Origin: an uncultured Nitrosopumilales archaeon
Lineage (GTDB): Archaea > Thermoproteota > Nitrososphaeria > Nitrososphaerales > UBA57
Assembly (NCBI GenBank): GCA_964552125.1
Contig: CAZKFJ010000001.1
Location: forward strand, 1-59,964
Direction: 5' to 3'
DNA: 59,964 bases
Part shown: one piece after another, positions 29,637-38,807 of the stretch
How the letters are laid out: each line of letters opens with the position of its first letter
Position numbering within the stretch: the first letter of the stretch is position 1
Notes under the pieces: generated by a model
Databases searched by the model: none
What the model was told of the DNA's origin: nothing
The model's input: the letters and a program-made list of their open reading frames with translations, nothing else
Made by a program: the position numbers and the translations under genes

Positions 29637-30164
29637 ATGACTTTTCTAACACATCCAAATAAAGTTGATAATACACAGGATTATTCCGTTGCGTATGATC
29701 AACTTTTGAGTAATTCAGAAGAGATTCTTAAAGACGTCGATTCATTACTAGACAAAGCAGATGTTTCTAAAACAGACTATGAAGGTAGATCGTACACATA
29801 TTCTCGTGGAGGACCTGCTGGCTGGTTAGACTACAAGAACGCAGCTGAAAAAGCATGGACTGCTCTGTATCAGGCAATTGATGTTTTGTTACATAACAAC
29901 AACGTCAAGTCCCAACATGGTGGAAGAACTGAACATGACAGAGAAATGCCAGAAAGCCCAATTCTTGGTCATTATGATCGTAAGCTTGCTTTAATCAAAC
30001 TTGAGAAAAGTAATCAAGATGTTGCATCAAAGCATTATTATGATCGTTATGTATCAATTACTGCTGGTTTAAGAAACAACAGTAATTACTATACATTACA
30101 AGACATCGAACTAGTAAGATGGGAAACAAGTCGAGTTAAAGATATAATTAACGAATTAAAGTAA
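29637..30164 (+). CDS. hypothetical helical protein (faint PaREP1/HEPN-like helical-bundle resemblance), coupled to RuBisCO gene
   Basis: 175-aa ORF that starts 2 nt after the rbcL stop. AAEKAWTALYQAIDVLL ... HYYDRY resembles the EKxWGA...LHxxFY pattern of archaeal PaREP1-type proteins. I see no clear Rx4-6H motif. Confidence 0.45.
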   Translation: MTFLTHPNKVDNTQDYSVAYDQLLSNSEEILKDVDSLLDKADVSKTDYEGRSYTYSRGGPAGWLDYKNAAEKAWTALYQAIDVLLHNNNVKSQHGGRTEHDREMPESPILGHYDRKLALIKLEKSNQDVASKHYYDRYVSITAGLRNNSNYYTLQDIELVRWETSRVKDIINELK

Positions 30165-30210
30165 TTATATTCTATTAATTCTACTCGAAAACCATTTTAA
30201 CAATGTTGCT

Positions 30211-30244
30211 GGTGAGTATAAAACTCACCCAGTAATTTTTTTTT
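30211..30244. terminator. Hairpin plus T-run between convergent genes
   Basis: GGTGAGT-ataaa-ACTCACC (30211-30229) is followed by a T9 run (30236-30244). It sits between the ends of the 29637..30164(+) and 30254..32062(-) genes. Confidence 0.45.
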
Positions 30245-30253
30245 AATAAAAAA

Positions 30254-32062
30254 CTATAATCCTTCTGTTACTGAATATATTTCTCTTAATTGATCTACAA
30301 TGGCATTAATATCAATAATCAATCTACGTAATTCATCATATTTCTTTTCATCATTCTCAATTATCTCTATTTTTGCAAGTTTCGAAACTTCATCCATCTT
30401 TGCATTGAGTTTTCGTGAATCCATATTGGGTATAATTAATTGTTTTTGTACCTTGTTTCCTCGATAGACTGCCCTTTCTGCAGTATTAACTAACTCTACC
30501 ACATTCTTTTTCTTACTATCATCATATGCATATTTGTCTGCATTATCCATAGCTTCTTTAACCGACGTTTCTTTTACATCCAGGCGGTTTTCTATCGTTA
30601 TTTCCTTCGATGCACCACTCGAAGTCTCTCTTGCAGAAACATTAAGAACTCCATTTGCATCAATGTCAAAGTTTACCATTATCTGAGGAGCTCCTCTTTC
30701 TCTCTCTGGTATTCCTGATAACGTGAAATTTCCTATCAAAGTATTGTCTTTTGTCATTATTCTTTCTCCTTGAACTATTTTTACAGCTACTGACTTTTGA
30801 TTATCTTTTGACGTAGTGAAAATCTGTTGCCTGGAAATCGGAATAGGACTATTTCGTCTAATTAATCTCTGTACAGTTCCTGGAGCTGTACCTACGCCTA
30901 AAGTCAATGGGGTTACGTCTACCATTTCAAATGATATTTTCCCTTGTAATATTGCCGCATTGATTGCAGCGCCATTTGCAACACAAGACATTGGATCTAA
31001 TCCATCTTCCGCAGCAGTCTGCATGTAGTCTTCTACTGTTTTTCTTACAAGTGGCATACGCGTTTGCCCTCCAATCAATATCAATTTATCAATGCCTTCA
31101 GTTCCTAATCGTGAATCAAATAACACTGCTTTTATTGTGTCTTCAACACGTTTGACTACAGACATGGATAGTTGTTCTAATTCTTCCTGCGATAATGTAT
31201 ATTCAAAAGTTGAATCATCATCGGGAAATATTCCCCCCATTTCAATATCTGCTGCTAAATGATAAGATAGATGAATCTTTGCTTCTTCCGCAGCAAGTTT
31301 CAATCTTGCTTCTACAGAAGGATCGTCAACCTCTTTGTTGTATTTTTCTTTTATCAATTCTTTAAGTCGATTTACAATCACTTGATCAATGTCAGTTCCT
31401 CCTGTACGCGTATCTCCACTTGTCGCGATTACTTTGAACTTCTCATTTTCTAATAGCATAGTAGTTACATCATGCGTTCCTCCACCAAACGTAAAGACCA
31501 TAATGTTCATTTTGTCTTTATGAGTAATCTTGTCTAATCCATAAGCTAAACATGCTGCAGTTGGCTCATTAACAATTCGTATTACGTTTAATCCTGCTAA
31601 TCTGCCCGCATCTATTGTTGATTGTCTTTGCGCATCGTTAAAATATGCTGGAACTGTTATTATCGCATCTTTTATCTCCTTTTCATTCAAGAACGTTTCA
31701 GATTCAGTTTTTATTTTTTTAAGTATGTATGAAGAAATCTGCTCAGGGGTGTATTTATCACCATCAACTTCTACCGTTTCTTTGGTTCCCATTTTTCTTT
31801 TTATTTCAAGAATCGTATTCATCGGATTGCTTACATATTTTTTCTTTGCTTCTATCCCTACTAAAATCTCATCAGATTTTTTATTAATATAAACAATCGA
31901 GGGAAACATCTTCTCTACCGCGTCAGACATCTTATTGTCTGAACTTTTTATCACCTTAATTTCATCATTGTGATATACCGCAGCTGCGGAATTTGTCGTG
32001 CCTAAATCTATTCCAAGTATATATCCGTCTTTGTTAATTACTTCTTTGTTATTTTTTTCCAA
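30254..32062 (-). CDS. Hsp70-family chaperone, divergent second copy (DnaK paralog)
   Basis: 602 aa. It has GIDLGTTNSAAAV, FTFGGGTHDVT (the canonical copy in this window has [11 protein letters not shown]), LIGGQTRMP, VDVTPLTLGV and PQIMVNFDIDANGVLNVSA. The C-terminal lid is short and divergent. Confidence 0.85.
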   Translation of the reverse strand: MEKNNKEVINKDGYILGIDLGTTNSAAAVYHNDEIKVIKSSDNKMSDAVEKMFPSIVYINKKSDEILVGIEAKKKYVSNPMNTILEIKRKMGTKETVEVDGDKYTPEQISSYILKKIKTESETFLNEKEIKDAIITVPAYFNDAQRQSTIDAGRLAGLNVIRIVNEPTAACLAYGLDKITHKDKMNIMVFTFGGGTHDVTTMLLENEKFKVIATSGDTRTGGTDIDQVIVNRLKELIKEKYNKEVDDPSVEARLKLAAEEAKIHLSYHLAADIEMGGIFPDDDSTFEYTLSQEELEQLSMSVVKRVEDTIKAVLFDSRLGTEGIDKLILIGGQTRMPLVRKTVEDYMQTAAEDGLDPMSCVANGAAINAAILQGKISFEMVDVTPLTLGVGTAPGTVQRLIRRNSPIPISRQQIFTTSKDNQKSVAVKIVQGERIMTKDNTLIGNFTLSGIPERERGAPQIMVNFDIDANGVLNVSARETSSGASKEITIENRLDVKETSVKEAMDNADKYAYDDSKKKNVVELVNTAERAVYRGNKVQKQLIIPNMDSRKLNAKMDEVSKLAKIEIIENDEKKYDELRRLIIDINAIVDQLREIYSVTEGL

Positions 32063-32124
32063 TCTATACTATATTTTTTTTGTTTTTGTTAATAAATATT
32101 TTGTAAATTTCCGTTTCTTAAAGT

Positions 32125-32481
32125 CTATTCTGACACTTGATCTTGCTCTAAATAGTCTTCTTTTACGTATTCGTAGCACTCGAAACAGTATTGATATCCA
32201 TTAATAAAGTGGGTTGTATCTGCAAAGGAGAGAATCTGCTTTCTACACCTACTACACGTGGTCCACGCCTCGTCAAATTGTCTTGGATTAATTCCTTGCC
32301 TTGTTACTGCTTCATTTCTATCTTCTCTAGGAAATTTATTATCTTTCTTTTTGTTTAATTTCTTTAGTTTTATTTTTTTTACTTTCTTTCCCTTTTCTTC
32401 TTCCTTAGATTCTGATCCATTAGAATCTTCAACTTGTTCCTTTATTTCTTCATTTTCTGTCTCAGTATTCTGTTCTGTCAA
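32125..32481 (-). CDS. Small acidic/lysine-rich protein with C-terminal CxxC...CxxC zinc ribbon
   Basis: 118 aa. The N-terminus is low-complexity and rich in E and K. The C-terminus is CSRCRKQ...(17 aa)...CFEC. There is no J-domain HPD motif. It lies 62 nt upstream of the Hsp70 paralog on the same strand. Confidence 0.5.
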   Translation of the reverse strand: MTEQNTETENEEIKEQVEDSNGSESKEEEKGKKVKKIKLKKLNKKKDNKFPREDRNEAVTRQGINPRQFDEAWTTCSRCRKQILSFADTTHFINGYQYCFECYEYVKEDYLEQDQVSE

Positions 32482-32568
32482 TCTTAACTGTGATAATATG
32501 ATAATTAGATATATTTTAACATATTCTAGAAGTTATATAAAATATCATTGTATTATGAGATTGATTAA

Positions 32569-33963
32569 ATGAAAGAAAACCAAATTATTATTGTCTTATT
32601 CATAATTCTGGGATTATTTGCAGTATATTTCTTTTCTCAATCTAGCTTGTTTAACGAAGAAACAAACATATCGGAACCTCCGCCCTCATTACTACAACCA
32701 ATCAATCCTGATGAATCTGAGATTTCTGCCAATTCTAGTCAATCTGTTGAACCTCAACCCGTTATTAATCCTGAGCCCATTGTTGAGGAAGAAGTTATTT
32801 TAGTAGAGGATCCTGTTGTTAATCAAAATGACATTCCCAATCCAATCGCTGAAACCCCGAAATCACAAACTTATTCTTGTCCAAAATCCAATTTCTCTCC
32901 ACAGCCTAATTCATATTTGATTTATGATATTATTGGATTAGAACAACTTACTGTAGTATTTGGCGAAATATCTGGCAATGAAATCAATATCACACTATCT
33001 GTGACTAACACTAATTCTACTTGGTTTATCGCCGACCTAGAATCACGAGCAATTATATCTGGACCTGAAGAGCAAATTGTTGGAAATGTTCCTTTATTCT
33101 GGTTGCCGATGTATTACAACGTTGGTGATACAATAACTAGTCTTGGCGATATTGAACTCAAAGCAGTTTCTGAAGATTCAATGCTGTTTGACAATCAGAA
33201 TATTAATACACTCGTCGTTCAGGGTACTACTATTCAAGATAATGAAAACAACCGAACTGAAAGTATTATTACATCATATTATGACAAAAATACTGGCATT
33301 CTTTTACAAATTAATGAACAAAGTTCTACATATGAAGGAGAAAGTATTATTGATGAACAATCGATTAATATAATTAATGTAATTGAAACAAATATTGATT
33401 TTACTAATTATTCTGTAGAATTGATTTCACATGATGTTAAATTTGAATTTAATTCATTTGTTATATACGAACATGATAATTTCAATTGGAAATTAGAATT
33501 TAATTTATTGGATGACTCCTCTGTTAATGTAACTGAAAGCAGAAGTTTCTTTGAAAATGAATGGGAAGTAATAAGATGGAGGATAGTTGATCTAAACTGT
33601 TTAATTATAAAGGATGCGCATACCCATGCATTTAATCAAGATTTCCAAAATACTCCTTATCTCTTGGGAAAATCTTATGAATTTCTTGTTAGGTCTGATA
33701 TTTCCATTGGAAATTATATATTTCCTGCATATGAAGATATTGGACTAGGATTAGATATTTCCGTTTTTCGTATCATTGATATTCGTGAATTCAATTATAA
33801 TGGAGAAATCTTTAATGTTATTGTTGCCGAATCAGTTGGCGATAATGGTGTAGTTCGACGGTATTTCGACACAATTACTGGAATAATGCTCCTTGAAGAA
33901 TTTGAATATGAAGGAATTATAAAACCTATTCTTAGTTTAAAAGAAAGCGGGCTTACTAACTAA
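32569..33963 (+). CDS. hypothetical membrane-anchored/secreted protein
   Basis: 464 aa. It has an N-terminal hydrophobic anchor (IIIVLFIILGLFAVYFF), a Pro/Glu-rich linker and a large Asn/Ile-rich domain with no motif I recognise. Confidence 0.5.
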   Translation: MKENQIIIVLFIILGLFAVYFFSQSSLFNEETNISEPPPSLLQPINPDESEISANSSQSVEPQPVINPEPIVEEEVILVEDPVVNQNDIPNPIAETPKSQTYSCPKSNFSPQPNSYLIYDIIGLEQLTVVFGEISGNEINITLSVTNTNSTWFIADLESRAIISGPEEQIVGNVPLFWLPMYYNVGDTITSLGDIELKAVSEDSMLFDNQNINTLVVQGTTIQDNENNRTESIITSYYDKNTGILLQINEQSSTYEGESIIDEQSINIINVIETNIDFTNYSVELISHDVKFEFNSFVIYEHDNFNWKLEFNLLDDSSVNVTESRSFFENEWEVIRWRIVDLNCLIIKDAHTHAFNQDFQNTPYLLGKSYEFLVRSDISIGNYIFPAYEDIGLGLDISVFRIIDIREFNYNGEIFNVIVAESVGDNGVVRRYFDTITGIMLLEEFEYEGIIKPILSLKESGLTN

Positions 33964-34038
33964 CTCCAATTTTTGATATATTTCTCATAAAGCGAGAAAT
34001 TTAAGTAATCGTACCTAGTAAGATAATTCGATTAATAA

Positions 34039-35496
34039 TTGCCAAGAGATTATGATGTAATTGTTGCGGGTGGCGGAATGACCGGTTTAATCACTGCCAC
34101 ATCAATCGCCAAATTCACTAACCAAAATAAGAGAATTCTTGTTATTGATCGAAACGACGAAGTTAATCCTGCTCGAAAAAATATCTCTGGTTGGACTTGT
34201 GGGGATGCCGTAAGTAAACGTAGTGTTGATTTCTATTCCAAAGAGGTTGGAATAACATACGAACAACCTGAGTTGGAGCATAAAGTCAAAGGCGTAGTTG
34301 CTTTCTCTCCCGACCGTGAAACAAAAGTATCATTTGATGGAGAAGGTTATGTTCTTAATCGTAAAGTCTTAGGATTACGTCAAGTTGAAGATGCTAAAAA
34401 ACTTGGAGTTGAATTTCTCTTTGAAACCGAATCGGAAAAACTTCTATCAGAAAATGGTTATATTACTGGAGTAGAGATTCTTGATAAAGATAAAAAACGA
34501 AAGACTCTTACTGCTAACGTTGTTGTAGATGCTACAGGTTCTGCATCGAAACTTCGACAAAATCTTCCTCTTGCAAATTCATTCATGGAAAAACAAATTG
34601 ATCGTGAAAATGACATGGAAACTACTGGACGATATATCTTGGAATTCGATAGTGGTGAAACTGATGTATCACTTTACGACAAAGACTATTGTATTATTCA
34701 TCTTAATCAAGATATTGCCCCTGGCGGTTATGCTTGGGTGTTTCCAAAATCAGAAAATAAAGTTAATATTGGCCTTGGCGTTCAAAAGAAACGACTTGTT
34801 ACACGTAACCAAAGACTAGGTAAAAATGATACTCTTCAAAGTTTGATAGATGAATATATCAGCTCTAATACTTCAATTAAAAATTATAAAATATCTACTG
34901 ATGTAGACGATTCAGGTAACACTAGAGGAAATTGGCAAGTTCCTGTAAGAAGACAAAATGATTGTATGGTTGAAAACGGTTATGTAATTGTCGGTGATGC
35001 AGCTTGGCTTCCACGACCTATTGACGCTGGTGGAATAGGACCTGGAATATTTGCTAGTGTTATAGCTGGTAAAACCATTGCTAATGCGCTGGAAGCTGAA
35101 GATTATAGCCAAAACAGTTTATGGAACTATAACACTGAATATGTTCGAAATTATGGTTATCAAATGGCAAGTTTTGAAATACTACGTAGATTCTTACAAA
35201 TCGTATTAAACGAAAAAATCAGCTACGGTATGAAACATTTTCTCTCTGCCGACGACGTCGAAAAAATTACTTCACGAGAACATCCAAGTTTTGATAAGGT
35301 AAATATGTTTAATCCTTTGATGCTTTATAAAATTCTTACACATTGGAATCTTGCAAAAGAATTACGTTATACTGCAACAAAAAGTAATGCTCTCGTTACA
35401 CATAGTCAAAACTATCCAGACTCTCCAGAAAGTTTTCCAGAATGGCAAAATAAACTACATTTACTTCTCAACGACGCTTACAGTCGCTTTTCTTAA
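34039..35496 (+). CDS. FAD-dependent geranylgeranyl reductase-family oxidoreductase
   Basis: 485 aa with a TTG start. It has YDVIVAGGGMTGL, GGYAWVFPK and VGDAA blocks typical of (di)geranylgeranyl reductases. Confidence 0.7.
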   Translation: MPRDYDVIVAGGGMTGLITATSIAKFTNQNKRILVIDRNDEVNPARKNISGWTCGDAVSKRSVDFYSKEVGITYEQPELEHKVKGVVAFSPDRETKVSFDGEGYVLNRKVLGLRQVEDAKKLGVEFLFETESEKLLSENGYITGVEILDKDKKRKTLTANVVVDATGSASKLRQNLPLANSFMEKQIDRENDMETTGRYILEFDSGETDVSLYDKDYCIIHLNQDIAPGGYAWVFPKSENKVNIGLGVQKKRLVTRNQRLGKNDTLQSLIDEYISSNTSIKNYKISTDVDDSGNTRGNWQVPVRRQNDCMVENGYVIVGDAAWLPRPIDAGGIGPGIFASVIAGKTIANALEAEDYSQNSLWNYNTEYVRNYGYQMASFEILRRFLQIVLNEKISYGMKHFLSADDVEKITSREHPSFDKVNMFNPLMLYKILTHWNLAKELRYTATKSNALVTHSQNYPDSPESFPEWQNKLHLLLNDAYSRFS

Positions 35497-37166
35497 TTTT
35501 TTAATTCTTTTCGTAAAATCTTTCCTATCAAACTCTTTGGAAGTTCGTCTCTGAATTCTATTTCTTTAGGAACTTTATACCCTGTTAATTTTGTTCTACA
35601 AAATTCAATTAATTCTTCTTCAGTTGCATTTTTCCCCTCTTTAAAAACTACGAACGCTTTGATATATTCGGATAAATCTTTATTTTTTATACCTACTGCG
35701 GCGGCTTCTAGTACATTTTCATTCTCATAAAGTACATCTTCTACATCTCTTGGATAGACATTAAATCCTCCGACTTTGATCATATCTTTTTTACGATCCA
35801 CAATGTAAAAATAACCTTCATCATCCATTTTTCCAATATCGCCAGTTAACAGCCAGCCATCTTTTATCATATCATCTGTTTCTTCTTTATTCTCCCAATA
35901 TCCATTCATTACTATTGGCCCCTTTATTGCAATCTCGCCAATCTCATCTATTCCCATAAATTGTTCATGATTCTCACTATTTACTATGGCAACATCGCAC
36001 ATAGGAAGTGGGACTCCTATTGACCCTACTTTTGCGAGATTCATATCGTGAATTGGGTTAAAAGTTACTGCTCCCGTGGTCTCACTTAATCCATATAATT
36101 CAACTAAAGGAGATTTTGATTTCTCAACAAATTGTTTTACTACTGCTTCTGGTAATGCCATTGCCGCCGCAAAAGAAATTCTTAGAGAGGATAGTTTAGC
36201 ATTTTTCATACTTGGATGATCACTTAATCTTGTAAACATAGTCGTAACTCCTGGAAATATTGTGATTTTATTCTTCTCAATTGTTTTTAGCACTTGCTTC
36301 TCTTCAAAACTAGGTAGAAGTACCACTTTACCTCCTGATCTCATCATGATCATCTGACCTATGAAGCCAAATATGTGGAATAATGGAAGAACAATTAACG
36401 CAGTATCTTCTTTTTCTCTTAATTTTACCCATTCACATACCATTTCTACTTGTGTGATGATATTTTTGTGAGTCAACATGGCACCCTTGGCCTTTCCAGT
36501 CGTTCCTCCAGTATACTGTAATGCTGCAATATCGCTTGTTGACGTTACATCCTTTGGCCTTGTATTCTCTCCTGAATTTAATACCTCCATGAAATCCATT
36601 GTATTATCAAAGTTTCTTTTCTTTACTTTAACAAATGCTAAACGCTTCTTTATCCCAGGGAGAAATTCTGTCACACTTGTTGTAATTACCTTTTCAACGT
36701 CAAGATTGCTTCGCGTTTCATTAAATCCTTGGTATAAATCTCTCTTAATTGGTTTTTTTACCAAGTCCGTACATGCAATGACGATTTTAGGTTTTGCATC
36801 GCGTAATTGCGATTCAATTTCTGCCGACGTATAAAGAAAATTAGTACCGACTGAAATTGCCCCTGCCTTTAAAATTCCGTATAAAGCAATTGGAAATTGT
36901 GGAATGTTAGGTAATAGAAGTGCAACACGATCTCCTTTTTTTACTCCAAGTTTTATTAACGCATTTGCAAATTTATTTGAGAGATCATTAATTTCATTAT
37001 AGGTGAAACTAGTTCCATTATATTCATAAGCTATTTCATCTGAATACTTTTTACAAATATCATCTATGTAATCTCCAAAAGTTACATCTGGTACCTTGAT
37101 ATCAAATTTCAATCCATCTGGATATTTATTTAACCAGATTCTCCCCTGTTCTGCAGTTTCAGACAT
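35493..37166 (-). CDS. AMP-dependent acyl-CoA synthetase/ligase (long-chain fatty acid-CoA ligase-like)
   Basis: 557 aa. AMP-binding motif LQYTGGTTGKAKGAMLTH, YGLSET, TGD.G..D.EGY..I.DR.KD and a C-terminal GKILRKEL. Confidence 0.85.
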   Translation of the reverse strand: MSETAEQGRIWLNKYPDGLKFDIKVPDVTFGDYIDDICKKYSDEIAYEYNGTSFTYNEINDLSNKFANALIKLGVKKGDRVALLLPNIPQFPIALYGILKAGAISVGTNFLYTSAEIESQLRDAKPKIVIACTDLVKKPIKRDLYQGFNETRSNLDVEKVITTSVTEFLPGIKKRLAFVKVKKRNFDNTMDFMEVLNSGENTRPKDVTSTSDIAALQYTGGTTGKAKGAMLTHKNIITQVEMVCEWVKLREKEDTALIVLPLFHIFGFIGQMIMMRSGGKVVLLPSFEEKQVLKTIEKNKITIFPGVTTMFTRLSDHPSMKNAKLSSLRISFAAAMALPEAVVKQFVEKSKSPLVELYGLSETTGAVTFNPIHDMNLAKVGSIGVPLPMCDVAIVNSENHEQFMGIDEIGEIAIKGPIVMNGYWENKEETDDMIKDGWLLTGDIGKMDDEGYFYIVDRKKDMIKVGGFNVYPRDVEDVLYENENVLEAAAVGIKNKDLSEYIKAFVVFKEGKNATEEELIEFCRTKLTGYKVPKEIEFRDELPKSLIGKILRKELKN

Positions 37167-37203
37167 CTATCGTATATTGAATGTAATTCTTAATGAATCT
37201 TGT

Positions 37204-38217
37204 CTATTTCTTTCGTCTTTTTGAGCCTAAAATCCGTTTTGCGCCCATATATGCAATTACTGAAGATACGACTGTAGAAATAATTAGAATACTCAATAAT
37301 ATAGGAAACATTGACTCTGGTTCAGGGATTATTGCAAAAACTGTAGCCAATGTATTAGGTACTAATACTGCTGTACCTATTACTGTTAACCAAAGAATTA
37401 TTGTAGAAAGACGATTTGTAATGTTTGTTTGTATTACGTTTACTCCGGTCGCTAGAACTTCAAGTACTTGTTCTGCTAATTGAATTTGTCTATCTAAATC
37501 TGCTAATATTATGTCAAACCTTGATAATATTTCATCTTTATCACTCAACATTTCGGGATCACCATATCTAAGTGAATGTACTGTTGTATGAGTTGCCCAT
37601 ACTGCAGTCAAGAATGTAATTATTGATCTTTTTATATTTGACATCTCCTCTGCTATGTCTTTACTCATTGTCTTTTCATCAGTCATTTCGATTTCTAATG
37701 TCTGTGCTTTTTCAACTATTAATCTTAGAGTATCATAATTTCGTTCTGAAATTTCATCAATAATTCTAGCAAAAAGTATAGTTTGTCTATCGGCCCATAA
37801 CTCTTTACTGTTTGGAAGTTTCTTCATTATTCCTTCTGCAAACCCAGAAAGACGAAGCAACTTCTCAGCTTCTTCATCATGAATTGAAATTATTTTATCT
37901 CTTGCAATATAAATTAAAACTGATAATGAATTTACAGTACCTCCTGAAAACTTGATTAATGGAACTGTAATTCCCAATACATCCCCTGCATCTTCATAAT
38001 TCGAGTAATATCCCCCGAGTACTGATGCAGGCTCTAATGCTATCCCAAATTCTTTAGCAATTTCTTTTGAACCTGTTTTTACATCATCGACAACGCATTC
38101 TAACCACGATAACGAGTATTCGTCAATATTTGGTCTTATATCACTAATGCTGCTGACATTGTCTTTTATTGGAACTCCATCTTTTGCAATTGCAGCCAGT
38201 TTCATACTTTTTATCAT
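37204..38217 (-). CDS. CorA-like divalent-cation transporter family protein lacking the GMN motif
   Basis: 337 aa. It has a soluble N-terminal domain followed by two C-terminal transmembrane helices joined by ...VPNTLATVFAIIPEP.... The layout is CorA-like, but FAI replaces the canonical GMN. Confidence 0.4.
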   Translation of the reverse strand: MIKSMKLAAIAKDGVPIKDNVSSISDIRPNIDEYSLSWLECVVDDVKTGSKEIAKEFGIALEPASVLGGYYSNYEDAGDVLGITVPLIKFSGGTVNSLSVLIYIARDKIISIHDEEAEKLLRLSGFAEGIMKKLPNSKELWADRQTILFARIIDEISERNYDTLRLIVEKAQTLEIEMTDEKTMSKDIAEEMSNIKRSIITFLTAVWATHTTVHSLRYGDPEMLSDKDEILSRFDIILADLDRQIQLAEQVLEVLATGVNVIQTNITNRLSTIILWLTVIGTAVLVPNTLATVFAIIPEPESMFPILLSILIISTVVSSVIAYMGAKRILGSKRRKK

Positions 38218-38412
38218 CGTTATCCACTACTTGATTATAATTTGTTATATATTATATTATTAACTATCAAAATCATCATTATCTTGTTATTATAATTAAT
38301 TGTACGATGCCCGCATGATTCTTCATCCTCAAATGAGTCCAGATTGCCCGTCGATGCAACGGACACCACACAAATACTTCTTAATGCTATGCTGTTAAAA
38401 ATCCTTTCTAAA

Positions 38413-38763
38413 TTATTTTACAGTAATTCTTCCTTTCATGTATGGATGTAAAGAACAATAGTAATGAAACTCTCCTTCTTCATTAAATTCATAGGAAATT
38501 ATTCCTAATGTATCCACATCTCTTGATAAATCTATGTCTAATATTGTATTGTTTTCTTTATTCTTGCCTGTATCGGTTGTAACATTGTGTCCTTCTAAGT
38601 CCACATTAAACCAATGTACACTAGATCCTTTTTTTATTATAATGTCTTCTGGTTGATAATCAAATCTATTAACTAAGACTACTTTGTCACCCGCAAAACT
38701 AACAAAACCAATTATGGAAACAAATGACAACATTACCAAAGTAAAGAGAATTTCTTTTCTCAT
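38413..38763 (-). CDS. Small blue-copper (plastocyanin/cupredoxin-like) protein with N-terminal anchor
   Basis: 116 aa. It has a hydrophobic N-terminus, a His ligand in EGHNVT and the type-1 Cu motif CSLHPYM (C-x2-H-x2-M). Confidence 0.75.
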   Translation of the reverse strand: MRKEILFTLVMLSFVSIIGFVSFAGDKVVLVNRFDYQPEDIIIKKGSSVHWFNVDLEGHNVTTDTGKNKENNTILDIDLSRDVDTLGIISYEFNEEGEFHYYCSLHPYMKGRITVK

Positions 38764-38807
38764 ATTTCATAAATACCTTTGTTGTTTTTTAATTGCTCGC
38801 TAATGAA

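Noticed and set aside
33981-33999. Inverted repeat TTTCTC-ataaagc-GAGAAA after the 32569..33963 gene as a terminator
   Set aside because: It is only 6 AT-rich base pairs and has no following T-run, so it is too weak to call.
38218-38412. C/D-box or H/ACA sRNA in the long intergenic region (ATGATGA on the minus strand; ACA after the GC-rich island)
   Set aside because: No CTGA D box lies downstream of the C-like box. The sequences flanking the ACA are direct repeats rather than inverted repeats, so no pseudouridylation-pocket hairpin can be drawn.
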